A DNA stretch of 64,000 bases from a virus (IMGVR_UViG_2974564184_000001:977-64976), one strand, 5' to 3'; counted from the stretch's first letter, positions 38,616 to 47,170 are shown. A program made the numbers and translations. The notes: a model not told the origin generated them from the sequence alone.

Positions 38616-39026
38616 CTACCTCAGTTTCAGAGATTCACGGAGAGCAGACTCCTGACGGCGCATGGTTTTATCCGGTACGTCATGCAAAGAGCTGTTTCCA
38701 TGTCTATTCTCAACCACAATTGAGGTGACACGGTAGTCGAACTCCGCAGCCAGGTCAAGATAAACCTGCAAATCGCGTTGTTTGACGTTCGTATCAGAAA
38801 TGATCAATGGCCCTACACCTGCTTCCATTGACCGCTTCAACATGTTGTATACCCAGTTGTGAGCATGACGCAGCTTGCTTGCCTGCCAATCATACACCCC
38901 ATCCGCGTTGTACATGTACATGTCCGCTTCAATACGGTGACCTTTCAGGGCCACTTCCAGCTCTTCGGCAAGCGTTGACTTGCCGGAGCCTGAACATCCA
39001 CGGATGATGTATACCTTTTTAGCCAC
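38616..39026 (-). CDS. P-loop polynucleotide kinase-like protein (Pnkp kinase-domain-like)
   Basis: Walker A GCSGSGKST; 136 aa; adjacent to RNA ligase. Confidence 0.6.
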   Translation of the reverse strand: MAKKVYIIRGCSGSGKSTLAEELEVALKGHRIEADMYMYNADGVYDWQASKLRHAHNWVYNMLKRSMEAGVGPLIISDTNVKQRDLQVYLDLAAEFDYRVTSIVVENRHGNSSLHDVPDKTMRRQESALRESLKLR

Positions 39027-39939
39027 TTTGTCCTCCCTGTAGGAACTTTTCGATGTGTACGCGGCGATCCTGTTCTGCGATCACTGTCCACTCGTCTTTG
39101 GTGAAGTTACCACGAAGGTAATCCAGTAATGGGTAATACTCTTCGTCAATTGTTTTCTTGACGCGATCACCGTGCTCCCAGATTGCTTCGCACTTCTTAA
39201 CGCCACCACGCATGAAGAATTTCTTCGCCAGGTAATGTGGTGACTTGATTTTCAGCAGCAATTTCCCCGATTCTACATCGCGAACGATGAAGCCCTCATG
39301 GGTACACGTTTTAGCGGCCTGTACGGTGTCTGAGAAGAGACATTTGCGCCAAGCTGGGCGTTTCCATGTCGGAAGACACAAACCGTCCAGAGCGCTCTCT
39401 GAGAGCATTTGGCCCGTGTCCTTGACGCGAGCACCGATCAGGTACGCACCAGGTTCTTCATGAACGATGTGTGGGTCTGACGGATCAACGATTTCGAACA
39501 TCAAATCCAGCATGTTCCACGTCTTGCTATTAACAAGATTTGGTTTCTGATCGAAGTTAATGACCTTCTCCGCTAATCGGGCATAGTCAGAATCCAGCGT
39601 TCCGGTTGTAGATACCAACCATTTCCCGTTGTATACCGTTGCGCCAGCCATGAACCCGTTAACCTTCACCGTCTCGATCACGATGTTGTTAGGGTTGAGG
39701 TCGGTCTTATTCTCGCCACGATTAAAGATTTTGGTGAATGGGTGCAGCACCACATTATCGTCAGAATCAACCACAATGCCACGGCACTCCAGCAGACGTG
39801 GGTCACGCTTCCACATATTGTCCCAGAACACGCGACCGTGGTACTTAAAGACTCTAAGGCCATCAAACGGCCCATCAACATAGGTCTTTACGCGAACCAA
39901 ACCAGAAGCGATCAGGTCATCAACATTAAATTTGTTCAT
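39019..39939 (-). CDS. RNA ligase-like nucleotidyltransferase
   Basis: motif I KVNGFMAG (KxNG), size 306 aa, neighbouring kinase and phosphoesterase. Confidence 0.55.
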   Translation of the reverse strand: MNKFNVDDLIASGLVRVKTYVDGPFDGLRVFKYHGRVFWDNMWKRDPRLLECRGIVVDSDDNVVLHPFTKIFNRGENKTDLNPNNIVIETVKVNGFMAGATVYNGKWLVSTTGTLDSDYARLAEKVINFDQKPNLVNSKTWNMLDLMFEIVDPSDPHIVHEEPGAYLIGARVKDTGQMLSESALDGLCLPTWKRPAWRKCLFSDTVQAAKTCTHEGFIVRDVESGKLLLKIKSPHYLAKKFFMRGGVKKCEAIWEHGDRVKKTIDEEYYPLLDYLRGNFTKDEWTVIAEQDRRVHIEKFLQGGQSG

Positions 39940-40139
39940 CTTTGTCTCCGTAATGAGAGATTTTTAATAAGGCGCATGGCTTCTTTCTTCGCCAGCGCCA
40001 TTTCGAGGTGGTCATCATACTGGTAGGTATCTTCCATGTCAAGCATCCAATACGCCTCTTCCAGGAAATGAACCACATTGTCCACATCAGGCTTAGTGGT
40101 GATCCGTTTTCGCGACGGGTTTGGACATTGCGATGTCAT
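39936..40139 (-). CDS. hypothetical small protein
   Basis: 67-aa ORF. Confidence 0.35.
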   Translation of the reverse strand: MTSQCPNPSRKRITTKPDVDNVVHFLEEAYWMLDMEDTYQYDDHLEMALAKKEAMRLIKNLSLRRQR

Positions 40140-40665
40140 ACGCCTCCTTCAAGGTCAGGACACGCCCATGCACATCCCAACCCACATCCAGAATGCGTCC
40201 AGGTGCGGAGTACGAACCATGACTATGACCATGAAGCATAACAGAACCGTGGTGGCACTTGTTCCACACCGCGAAAGGATAATGCGACATGACGACTTTG
40301 TTGCCTTCGATTTCCGTTTCCACATAGTCCGTGACTTCATGCCCATACTCCAGGAAGATTTTCCGAGTCAGACGGTGGTCATGGTTGCCACGCAAGAGGA
40401 TGATATGCCCATAAACCTGATCCAGGAATCGACGCAAGGCGTCTTCTGCCTTCTTGCCGTAGGCGAGACTCACATCCCCCAAATGGTAAACCGTATCACC
40501 CTGCTTCACTGTGCTGTTCCAGATCTTAACGATCCCAGCATTCATTCGCAGAACGCTTGCAGGGTCTGTCTTAGGCCCGTACAGGTCATAACGGTATTTA
40601 TCACATGATTCAAATCCCAAAATATTCTTATGGGAATCATGCGTATCCGACGTAATGTGGATCAT
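40093..40665 (-). CDS. calcineurin-like metallophosphoesterase
   Basis: SDTHD, GDVS..., LLRGNHDH, HGHSH metallophosphatase motifs. Confidence 0.75.
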   Translation of the reverse strand: MIHITSDTHDSHKNILGFESCDKYRYDLYGPKTDPASVLRMNAGIVKIWNSTVKQGDTVYHLGDVSLAYGKKAEDALRRFLDQVYGHIILLRGNHDHRLTRKIFLEYGHEVTDYVETEIEGNKVVMSHYPFAVWNKCHHGSVMLHGHSHGSYSAPGRILDVGWDVHGRVLTLKEAYDIAMSKPVAKTDHH

Positions 40666-40674
40666 TTGTTCTCC

Positions 40675-41046
40675 TTATTTATTTGATTTTCTTACAAATC
40701 CCAGTGTTGCTCTTTCAATAGCACTCATTGGGACTGAGGTCATTCCGCGTCGTTTTGCATCCGGCAGTGTCATCTCCCAGATACCCAGCCAATACTGGAG
40801 GGTCTTTATCCGCTTTTTCTGCTCGTAGTCAGGGCAGCGGTATTCCAAAAGATCCACCAATTCAGCAAGACGATCCACCAATACCTTCTCCAACTCCTCA
40901 ATCGGAGTCATAATCACGAAAGCGGAGGTATCAAAACCGTCTGCTCTTACAGGCTTCTTGATGTCTTGCTTTTTTGCAACACGTACTGTTGCTGGTTTCT
41001 TTGCAGCGGGTTTTCTCTTCGCTGCTGGCTTCTTAGGTGTTGCCAC
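40675..41046 (-). CDS. Lys/Ala-rich basic protein (histone-like tail)
   Basis: N-terminus MATPKKPAAKRKPAAKKPA. Confidence 0.4.
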   Translation of the reverse strand: MATPKKPAAKRKPAAKKPATVRVAKKQDIKKPVRADGFDTSAFVIMTPIEELEKVLVDRLAELVDLLEYRCPDYEQKKRIKTLQYWLGIWEMTLPDAKRRGMTSVPMSAIERATLGFVRKSNK

Positions 41047-41320
41047 GACGTTCCTCCGCAGGGTATACGTACAGCTTGCAATCCCAAGCCTTTACGTTCT
41101 TGTTTTGCCAATTGACCATCTTGATGATGATCAAGTTTATGATGTGTCTCTCCCCGTGCAGGTACACGTTGACATTAACCCAACGCTTCCCACACTCAGA
41201 TATTGTGTCCACATACACTTTTTCTCCGTAGCGTTCTTCCGCTTCCAGGATCAGTTCCAACAATCGTGCATACGCATCCTTGTAAACTGACTTCTCGTCA
41301 GCCAAGAGCTTTACGTTCAT
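41033..41320 (-). CDS. hypothetical protein
   Basis: 95-aa ORF. Confidence 0.4.
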   Translation of the reverse strand: MNVKLLADEKSVYKDAYARLLELILEAEERYGEKVYVDTISECGKRWVNVNVYLHGERHIINLIIIKMVNWQNKNVKAWDCKLYVYPAEERRGNT

Positions 41321-41420
41321 GAATTCTCCTCCACAATAGGTGCAGGAGCCTCTGAGCGGCTCTCTGCTGCGTTTAATCAGTATTACCCACCCGAATGTAC
41401 TGCCACAGTCTCAGAATCGC

Positions 41421-41708
41421 TTAGGATTCGATTGAGAGCGTTACAGAGATTCCACTGAGATCCACCAGCTTGATGTTACTTTGCATATGATCGTCTGTCA
41501 ACCCGGCCAGGGTTGTTACAGACACATTCCTGCGCCTCATTCGTTGGCGTACAGCCGGGAGATAGTTACCGAAGACCTGCTCCTCAGAAACACCATCAGG
41601 TAAAACAACACAAACTTCCTGTTCTTTCATGCACTCGTGAAATACTTCACGAGCCATCATCAAACGACTAACCTCAACTGCACTCATTGGCTTCTTACGT
41701 TCTTTCAT
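41421..41708 (-). CDS. hypothetical protein (first gene of leftward operon)
   Basis: 95-aa ORF with GGAG RBS; promoter upstream. Confidence 0.45.
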   Translation of the reverse strand: MKERKKPMSAVEVSRLMMAREVFHECMKEQEVCVVLPDGVSEEQVFGNYLPAVRQRMRRRNVSVTTLAGLTDDHMQSNIKLVDLSGISVTLSIES

Positions 41709-41734
41709 TCCGGTCTCCTTGTTAAGATGCTGCT

Positions 41735-41763
41735 ATCATACACTGAGTGACTCAGGAGTCAAC
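41735..41763 (-). promoter_or_regulatory. sigma70-like promoter (TTGACT-N16-TATGAT, minus strand) with embedded palindrome CTGAGT-C-ACTCAG
   Basis: read on minus strand: TTGACTcctgagtcactcagtgTATGAT then AAGGAGACCGGA-ATG of gene 41421..41708. Confidence 0.5.
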
Positions 41764-41860
41764 AAAAAGAAACAACAAACCCCCTATAAGGTCTTTAAGA
41801 TCTTAAAGTCTTTTGTTTTTATGTTTTATAAGTTAGTTTAGATCATAAGTTAGTATTGTA

Positions 41861-41974
41861 TACCCGACCGGGAATAATTAGGTATACCCGATTGGGAATA
41901 ATTAGGAGTTGACAGGTGTTGGGATGAAGTGTAGGCTATGACCCTAAATATACCCGAGAGGGAATAAATAGGAG
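41861..41974. repeat. three 24-bp direct repeats TATACCCGA-NN-GGGAATAA-N-TAGG (two tandem, one 42 bp downstream) flanking a TTGACA box
   Basis: 41861-41884, 41885-41908, 41951-41974; third copy abuts the TAGGAGG RBS of gene 41980. Confidence 0.8.
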
Positions 41975-41979
41975 GGTGT

Positions 41980-42348
41980 GTGGAGATAAGGCTTGGGGAA
42001 TCCACAGTGCAGATCAGGAAAGGGGCATACCTTACTGTTCCAACTGAGTGGGTTTTCGATGAGAGACTCTCCCCGCAGGATTTGCAAAGACTGATGAAGC
42101 TGTGGTGGCGATATGATTACTTCAAAAGCCTTAACCCAAGTGCGGGTGAAGAAGTTTTCTTCCCGTCACAGAAATCGCTTTGCCAACTCTTCGGGTTGAG
42201 TGAAAAATCGCAACCTAAGGTTTCAGAATTCTTGAAAAGGATGGAAGACTTAGGGTACATTAAACGAATCAGGTCTGGGTTTGTCGATACATCGGGTAAC
42301 GCGAAGCCAAGACACTTCATAATTGTCAACAGAGGAGACAAAACATGA
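41980..42348 (+). CDS. winged-helix DNA-binding protein (candidate regulator/iteron-binding)
   Basis: GTG start 4 nt after TAGGAGG; SQKSLCQLFGLSEKSQPKVSEFLKRMEDLGYIKR resembles wHTH. Confidence 0.45.
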   Translation: MEIRLGESTVQIRKGAYLTVPTEWVFDERLSPQDLQRLMKLWWRYDYFKSLNPSAGEEVFFPSQKSLCQLFGLSEKSQPKVSEFLKRMEDLGYIKRIRSGFVDTSGNAKPRHFIIVNRGDKT

Positions 42349-43196
42349 ACAACGTAACACTTCAACTGAACAACTTACAGGTTCCTGTCAAACACTTCAC
42401 CTTCAACGGTGGTGAGGAACAGGTTGTTATCGACCAAGCAGCCTCCCCGAAAGGTCGTGTGGCCTACGTGGATATCACTGCAAAGCTGAAAAGCTCAATG
42501 GATGTTATGACCCTGGTTATGCTGACTGATGCCTGCCGTCACATCCACAACCTGGATGATTGTGCTCGTTTCACTCTGCATATGCCATACATCCCTTACG
42601 CTCGTCAAGACCGTGTGATGAACGCAGGTGAAGCTGCTGCGGTGAAAGCATTCGTGAACGTGATCGCGGGACTGAAATTCGACAAAATTGTTGTCGCTGA
42701 TCCGCATAGCGATGTTGCTACCAATCTGCTGGATAACATCGGTGCTCGCCTGGAGGTAATCTCTCAGGACACCTTGTTCTCTGAATATATGGGAAACACT
42801 GGTGAGATCAAACGCAACACTCGCATTTGCACCGTGGGGCGTGGTAATCCGGTAATCGTCGCCCCTGATGCAGGCGCTCGCAAGAAAGCCCAGAAGGTTG
42901 CTGACCGTTATGGTTTCCGAATTGTAGAGGCTGGAAAAGTTCGTGATGTCCGGGATGGTAAGATCACCGGAACTTCCGTTCATGATGATGTGACCGGACT
43001 TCCTTGTATCATTGTGGACGATATCTGCGACGGTGGTCGTACTTTCGTTCCGCTGGCGGCGGCTCTGAAAGAGAAAGGTGCAAGCCAGGTAATCCTGTAC
43101 GTTACTCACGGCATCTTCTCAAACGGTAAACAGTTTCTTCTCGACGCAGGTATTGAGCAGGTTCATGCCTATTATGACTGGAAGGAGAACTTCTGA
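42345..43196 (+). CDS. ribose-phosphate pyrophosphokinase homolog (PRPP synthetase-like; candidate ADPR-PP synthetase of NAD reconstitution pathway)
   Basis: PYARQDR, DPHS, IIVDDICDGGRT PRS-family motifs. Confidence 0.75.
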   Translation: MNNVTLQLNNLQVPVKHFTFNGGEEQVVIDQAASPKGRVAYVDITAKLKSSMDVMTLVMLTDACRHIHNLDDCARFTLHMPYIPYARQDRVMNAGEAAAVKAFVNVIAGLKFDKIVVADPHSDVATNLLDNIGARLEVISQDTLFSEYMGNTGEIKRNTRICTVGRGNPVIVAPDAGARKKAQKVADRYGFRIVEAGKVRDVRDGKITGTSVHDDVTGLPCIIVDDICDGGRTFVPLAAALKEKGASQVILYVTHGIFSNGKQFLLDAGIEQVHAYYDWKENF

Positions 43197-43288
43197 TGCT
43201 GCTGACAGCCTACCTTTTGTTTACCTTGGCCTTCATATCCGCACTCGGGGTAATCCTCGTCTGCAAAATTTTTAAAATTATCGCTTGA
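43196..43288 (+). CDS. 30-aa hydrophobic peptide
   Basis: ATGA overlap with PRS-like stop; MLLTAYLLFTLAFISALGVILVCKIFKIIA. Confidence 0.25.
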   Translation: MLLTAYLLFTLAFISALGVILVCKIFKIIA

Positions 43289-43314
43289 CAAGGCAGAACG
43301 TTAAAGCGTAAGAT
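43285..43314 (+). promoter_or_regulatory. sigma70-like promoter TTGACA-N18-TAAGAT
   Basis: upstream of NAMPT-like gene. Confidence 0.45.
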
Positions 43315-43369
43315 TATCGACATCGGGGACGACTTGTCCCCATTCAAAAATGCAAAGGAGAAAAATTTC

Positions 43370-45088
43370 ATGATTAATATGAACCCGCTTTTCGCAACTG
43401 ATTTCTACAAGCCGTCACATGCTGACCAGTACAATCAGAACAGCGAAGTAATCTTCTCGAACTTCACACCTCGTTCAGACAAACTGTTCCCACACTTCTC
43501 AGATGATGACCATCGTGTGGTTGTTGTCGGCACACAAGGTGTAGCGATTAACTTCCTGGTTGAATACTGGAATGACCAATTCTTCAAAAAACCGAAAAAC
43601 GAAGTGATCGGCGAGTACGTTGAAGAACTGAACCTGTCTCTGGGTATTCCGGTTGACAAAATTCGCACTGAACACATCGAAGCGCTGCATGATCTCGGTT
43701 ATCTGCCGTTAGAACTGCGTTCACTGCCGGAAGGTTCATTGGCCCCGGTACAAGTTCCGGTGTACACCATCCACAACACTGACCCGCGCTTCTTCTGGCT
43801 GACCAACTATTTCGAGACCGCTCTGTCGGCTGAGACCTGGAAGGTTATGAACAACGCAACTATTGCACACCAGTATTTCAAACTGTGCAAAGGTTTCAGT
43901 GACGAAACGTGTGATACTGCTGATCACTTGATGTTCCAGTGCCACGATTTCAGCTTCCGTGGTCTGAGCGGCATTGCGGACGCATACAAAAACGGCTTCG
44001 GTCACTTAACTTCTTTCTACGGTACTGATACCATCCCGGCAATTCGTTACGCTCGTCGTTACTACGGAATGCAGGGACAGTTCGTTGCAGGTTCAATCCC
44101 GGCATCTGAGCACAGTGTTGCAACAACAAACATCGGCGCGATTATCAAAAATCTGCTGAAAGACCCGAACTTCAAAGGTGCAACGCTGGACGAACTGCGT
44201 TATGCGGCTGAACTCGTGTTCTTGGAAAAGTACAGCACTGAAATTTATCCGAACGGATTGTGTTCGTATGTTTCTGACAGCTACGACTACTGGGCGGTTA
44301 TCCTGGCAATGCTGCCAGAGCTGAAAGATGAGATCATGGCTCGTGAAGGTAAGCTGGTAATCCGTCCAGACTCCGGTGACCCGATTCGCATCATTGCAGG
44401 TTATCGTTGGGTTGAACTGAAACAGTTCTCTGGCATCAATGCTGAGATGGTTCTGTTGCCAGGCGGCAAGTTCGTATCTTCTCGCGATATGTACGATGCG
44501 ATTCCTTGCGACGATACCCCGGTTGCTTATCACTTTGCGAAGCTGACCGAGGCGAATTTCAAAGAAGAGCAATTCGTCCCGGATCACATCGTGCATGGCA
44601 CCATTGAGTGTCTGTGGGATACCTTCGGTGGTCACCTGAACTCGAAAGGTTACCGTGTTCTTGATTCGCACATCGGCCTGATTTATGGTGACTCAATCAC
44701 TGTTGAACGTGCCAAAGCGATTATGCAGCGCCTGAAAGAGAAAGGTTATGCGTCAAGCAACATTGTGTTCGGTATCGGTTCGTACACTTACAACTACAGC
44801 ACTCGCGACAGCTTGGGCTTTGCATGTAAAGCGACTGGTTCCATCATCGCCGGAGAAGAAATCCTGGTGACCAAAGAGCCAAAAACAGACATGAAGAAAA
44901 AGTCTGCAAATGGTTTCCTGAAAGTGATCACCGACAAAAACGGTGTGTACAAACTGGTGGACGGTCTGAGCCTGGTAGACATCCAGGACGAGGATAATGA
45001 ATTAAAAATCATTTTCCGAAACGGTAAGCTGTACCGTAATACGACCCTGACGGAAATCCGTGAGCGTCTCATCGGACAGAAATCGTAA
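43370..45088 (+). CDS. nicotinamide phosphoribosyltransferase homolog (NAMPT/NadV-like; candidate Namat)
   Basis: AAGGAG RBS before ATG 43370; LFATDFYKPSHA N-terminal NAPRTase-family motif; 572 aa. Confidence 0.8.
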   Translation: MINMNPLFATDFYKPSHADQYNQNSEVIFSNFTPRSDKLFPHFSDDDHRVVVVGTQGVAINFLVEYWNDQFFKKPKNEVIGEYVEELNLSLGIPVDKIRTEHIEALHDLGYLPLELRSLPEGSLAPVQVPVYTIHNTDPRFFWLTNYFETALSAETWKVMNNATIAHQYFKLCKGFSDETCDTADHLMFQCHDFSFRGLSGIADAYKNGFGHLTSFYGTDTIPAIRYARRYYGMQGQFVAGSIPASEHSVATTNIGAIIKNLLKDPNFKGATLDELRYAAELVFLEKYSTEIYPNGLCSYVSDSYDYWAVILAMLPELKDEIMAREGKLVIRPDSGDPIRIIAGYRWVELKQFSGINAEMVLLPGGKFVSSRDMYDAIPCDDTPVAYHFAKLTEANFKEEQFVPDHIVHGTIECLWDTFGGHLNSKGYRVLDSHIGLIYGDSITVERAKAIMQRLKEKGYASSNIVFGIGSYTYNYSTRDSLGFACKATGSIIAGEEILVTKEPKTDMKKKSANGFLKVITDKNGVYKLVDGLSLVDIQDEDNELKIIFRNGKLYRNTTLTEIRERLIGQKS

Positions 45089-45105
45089 CAAAATCAATTA
45101 AATAA

Positions 45106-45127
45106 GCCCCTAAAGGGGCTTTCTTCA
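45106..45127 (+). terminator. Rho-independent terminator
   Basis: AGCCCC-TAAA-GGGGCT followed by TTTCTT. Confidence 0.6.
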
Positions 45128-45139
45128 TAGGAGAGAATT

Positions 45140-45331
45140 ATGTTTGGCCCAGTAATGATGGAATGTAAAGTGTGTAAGTCGGAGTTCGAGGCAGACCTCG
45201 TTTGTCATGGCCCGGGTATCTGCATAATAGATTTCGATTGCAAACACTCGATGATCGCTGAGAAAGGCGTGACTAAGTGGCGCAATAACGAAACTGGTAA
45301 CATCGACTTGGAGGAAAAAGATGAGTCGTAA
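45140..45331 (+). CDS. small Cys-rich (zinc-ribbon-like) protein
   Basis: CKVCKS...CHGPGIC...CKH; GGAGAG RBS. Confidence 0.4.
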   Translation: MFGPVMMECKVCKSEFEADLVCHGPGICIIDFDCKHSMIAEKGVTKWRNNETGNIDLEEKDES

Positions 45332-45551
45332 CTGGGTAGCGAAGAACGATTTTAATCGCGCTTCGGTTCATACTGACCAGAAGAAAGCCTGGGAACCAGA
45401 CACCGAAGAAGGTCTTAGTGAATATTACGGAATTCCTTTCGATGACGGACTCCCTGACCCGGGAGAAAGCACTGAAGAATTTCGTGATCGCCTGCGAGCC
45501 TTGTCCTTAGCAGAGTACGAACGTGGTGTCAATGCCTGCGGCATCTGCTGA
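45321..45551 (+). CDS. hypothetical small acidic protein
   Basis: 76-aa ORF overlapping previous stop. Confidence 0.4.
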   Translation: MSRNWVAKNDFNRASVHTDQKKAWEPDTEEGLSEYYGIPFDDGLPDPGESTEEFRDRLRALSLAEYERGVNACGIC

Positions 45552-45580
45552 TTGACAAAAACTGTGTCCACTGATAAGAT
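45552..45580 (+). promoter_or_regulatory. consensus sigma70-like promoter TTGACA-N17-TAAGAT
   Basis: perfect -35, 17-nt spacer, CTGATAAGAT -10 region. Confidence 0.6.
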
Positions 45581-45625
45581 CGAGTCTGAAAACACTTTCA
45601 ATAACTTAACTTAACGGTAGGACAT

Positions 45626-45883
45626 ATGTTTAAATTAAAACTCGTACACAAATCAGACACCTCGGATAATGGAGAATACCTCGAACATGAATCAACTCAT
45701 AAAACGCTGGACGAAGCAACTGACGAAGCAAATGATATCGCTTTTGACAACACTGGCTTTAACCTTGAAAACTGGAAATATGTTGCCTCCTTCGGCGACG
45801 AAGGCGGGTTATACTATTTCTACCCCGTGGACGGAAACCGGAGCATTAAATATGCAATCAGGATCTTCCGCCTCTTTGAATAA
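45626..45883 (+). CDS. hypothetical acidic protein
   Basis: 85-aa ORF. Confidence 0.4.
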   Translation: MFKLKLVHKSDTSDNGEYLEHESTHKTLDEATDEANDIAFDNTGFNLENWKYVASFGDEGGLYYFYPVDGNRSIKYAIRIFRLFE

Positions 45884-46268
45884 GAACCGGAAACAGCGTC
45901 GTGCTCATGCGGCTGTTCAACGTTCAAAAAGAAAAGGAGTGAAACGATGAAGAACTACAATCATGCAGAGGTAACTCGTCTGCTGAATGAGATGGAAGCC
46001 TGTGTGAACCGTGTACGCGCTCTGTGTGCAAAGATCACAGACTCAGGTAGCTTTGATTCTGGTTGCACGGAATCAGGCGCTAACGAAATCGGATACGGAG
46101 AAGGCTAATGAAATTGATTGAGATCATCATCCGCCAGGCGGAAGACGTGGACTTCTTCGATGAACGTCCAGACCTGATTTCAACAGGTTTCGGAGAAGGC
46201 ATTGCCCAAGAAGAGAATTGGGGAGTGTAATGGATATCGAAATCATTTAAAATAATTTCTATGGGGTG

Positions 46269-46297
46269 TTGACAAAGGAAGCCACAATCTGTAATCT
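46269..46297 (+). promoter_or_regulatory. consensus promoter TTGACA-N17-TAATCT driving tRNA
   Basis: immediately upstream of tRNA-Met. Confidence 0.6.
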
Positions 46298-46316
46298 TCA
46301 CCCCATCGAAACGAAA

Positions 46317-46392
46317 CGTGCAGTAGCTCAGGCGGTAGAGCAGCATCTTCATACGGTGACGGTCGGTGGTTCGAGTCCACCTTGCACGACCA
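46317..46392 (+). tRNA. tRNA-Met/fMet (anticodon CAT)
   Basis: acceptor CGTGCAG/TTGCACG, D-arm GCTCAGGCGGTAGAGC, loop TTCATAC, T-arm GGTGGTTCGAGTCCACC, ACCA. Confidence 0.7.
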
Positions 46393-46422
46393 AGACGATT
46401 TGAAAAATAATTTAGAAATTGT

Positions 46423-46451
46423 TTGACAATGCCACACTGATAGCTTAGTAT
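46423..46451 (+). promoter_or_regulatory. consensus promoter TTGACA-N17-TAGTAT
   Basis: upstream of gene 46514. Confidence 0.6.
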
Positions 46452-46513
46452 GAGCATCGTTGAGACAGAGACCAGCAAGAATGCTGGAAAATTAATCCAA
46501 AGAGGAGAACAAC

Positions 46514-46855
46514 ATGACCAAGAAGAAAACCGCCCCTAAGAAAGTTTCTGCAATTGATGCAATCAAGCAGCCTTTCCAGTACGAGTCCAAAACGACTCAG
46601 ACACACTCTCCGGCGAAAGACGTTCGTTTGGGCGGTACAGTGAAAACTGTCTCTGTCCGTAAGAAGGCCCGTGATGAAGACGGTAATGTCGTATTCGTGT
46701 ACGAGTCGAAGTCTAACGTAGAAGGCGGTCAGGTTATCTCCGCATCACATCGTATCCGCACTGGCAAGACCAAGCGTGAGCGTAACGCCAAAGTGCGTGA
46801 AGTGGTTAAAGCCGCTCCGGTAGAAACCAAAGGTTCTGCCAAAAAGAAAAAGTAA
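46514..46855 (+). CDS. Lys-rich basic protein
   Basis: 113 aa, AAGAGGAG RBS, K/R-rich termini. Confidence 0.5.
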   Translation: MTKKKTAPKKVSAIDAIKQPFQYESKTTQTHSPAKDVRLGGTVKTVSVRKKARDEDGNVVFVYESKSNVEGGQVISASHRIRTGKTKRERNAKVREVVKAAPVETKGSAKKKK

Positions 46856-46864
46856 AACAATTTC

Positions 46865-46941
46865 GGGGTATTAGCTCAGTTGGTTAGAGTAGCCGACTCT
46901 TAATCGGTAGGTCGAAGGTTCGAGTCCTTCATGCCCCACCA
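46865..46941 (+). tRNA. tRNA-Lys (CTT)
   Basis: GGGGTAT...anticodon loop CTCTTAA...GGTTCGAGTCC...ATGCCCCACCA. Confidence 0.7.
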
Positions 46942-46943
46942 AA

Positions 46944-47160
46944 CAATGGGCTTTGGGAGTAGTGTTTAATTACGGGTGAGGAAACCCTGGCCCTCCAGCT
47001 TAGAGGGACACCACGTAGGGTTCGAATCCCTACCTCCGCCCACCAACCTTGAAATGAGAGAGATACGGGTTCGACTCCCGTTCTTGCTGGCCCGGCCTCC
47101 TGTAGTGGGACAGGGCGATAGCTTAAATGGAAGAAAGTGCTCTCATTTCAAACACTTAGA
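46944..47160 (+). ncRNA. tRNA-like degenerate region with two T-arm motifs and a 12-bp long-range inverted repeat
   Basis: GTAGGGTTCGAATCCCTAC...CCGCCCACCA and ACGGGTTCGACTCCCGT without clean cloverleaves; TTGAAATGAGAG (47049) pairs with CTCTCATTTCAA (47143). Confidence 0.35.
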
Positions 47161-47170
47161 GGAGAACAGA

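Noticed and set aside
41861-41974. Possible CRISPR array
   Set aside because: Only three repeat units, two directly tandem with no spacer and one 42 bp away; no cas genes; better explained as iteron/operator repeats.
46960-47035. Reading 46960-47035 as a standard tRNA-Ser(GCT) via hairpin CCCTC-CAGCTTA-GAGGG
   Set aside because: Position 33 would be A, the D-arm is missing and the acceptor stem is mismatched; left as tRNA-like.
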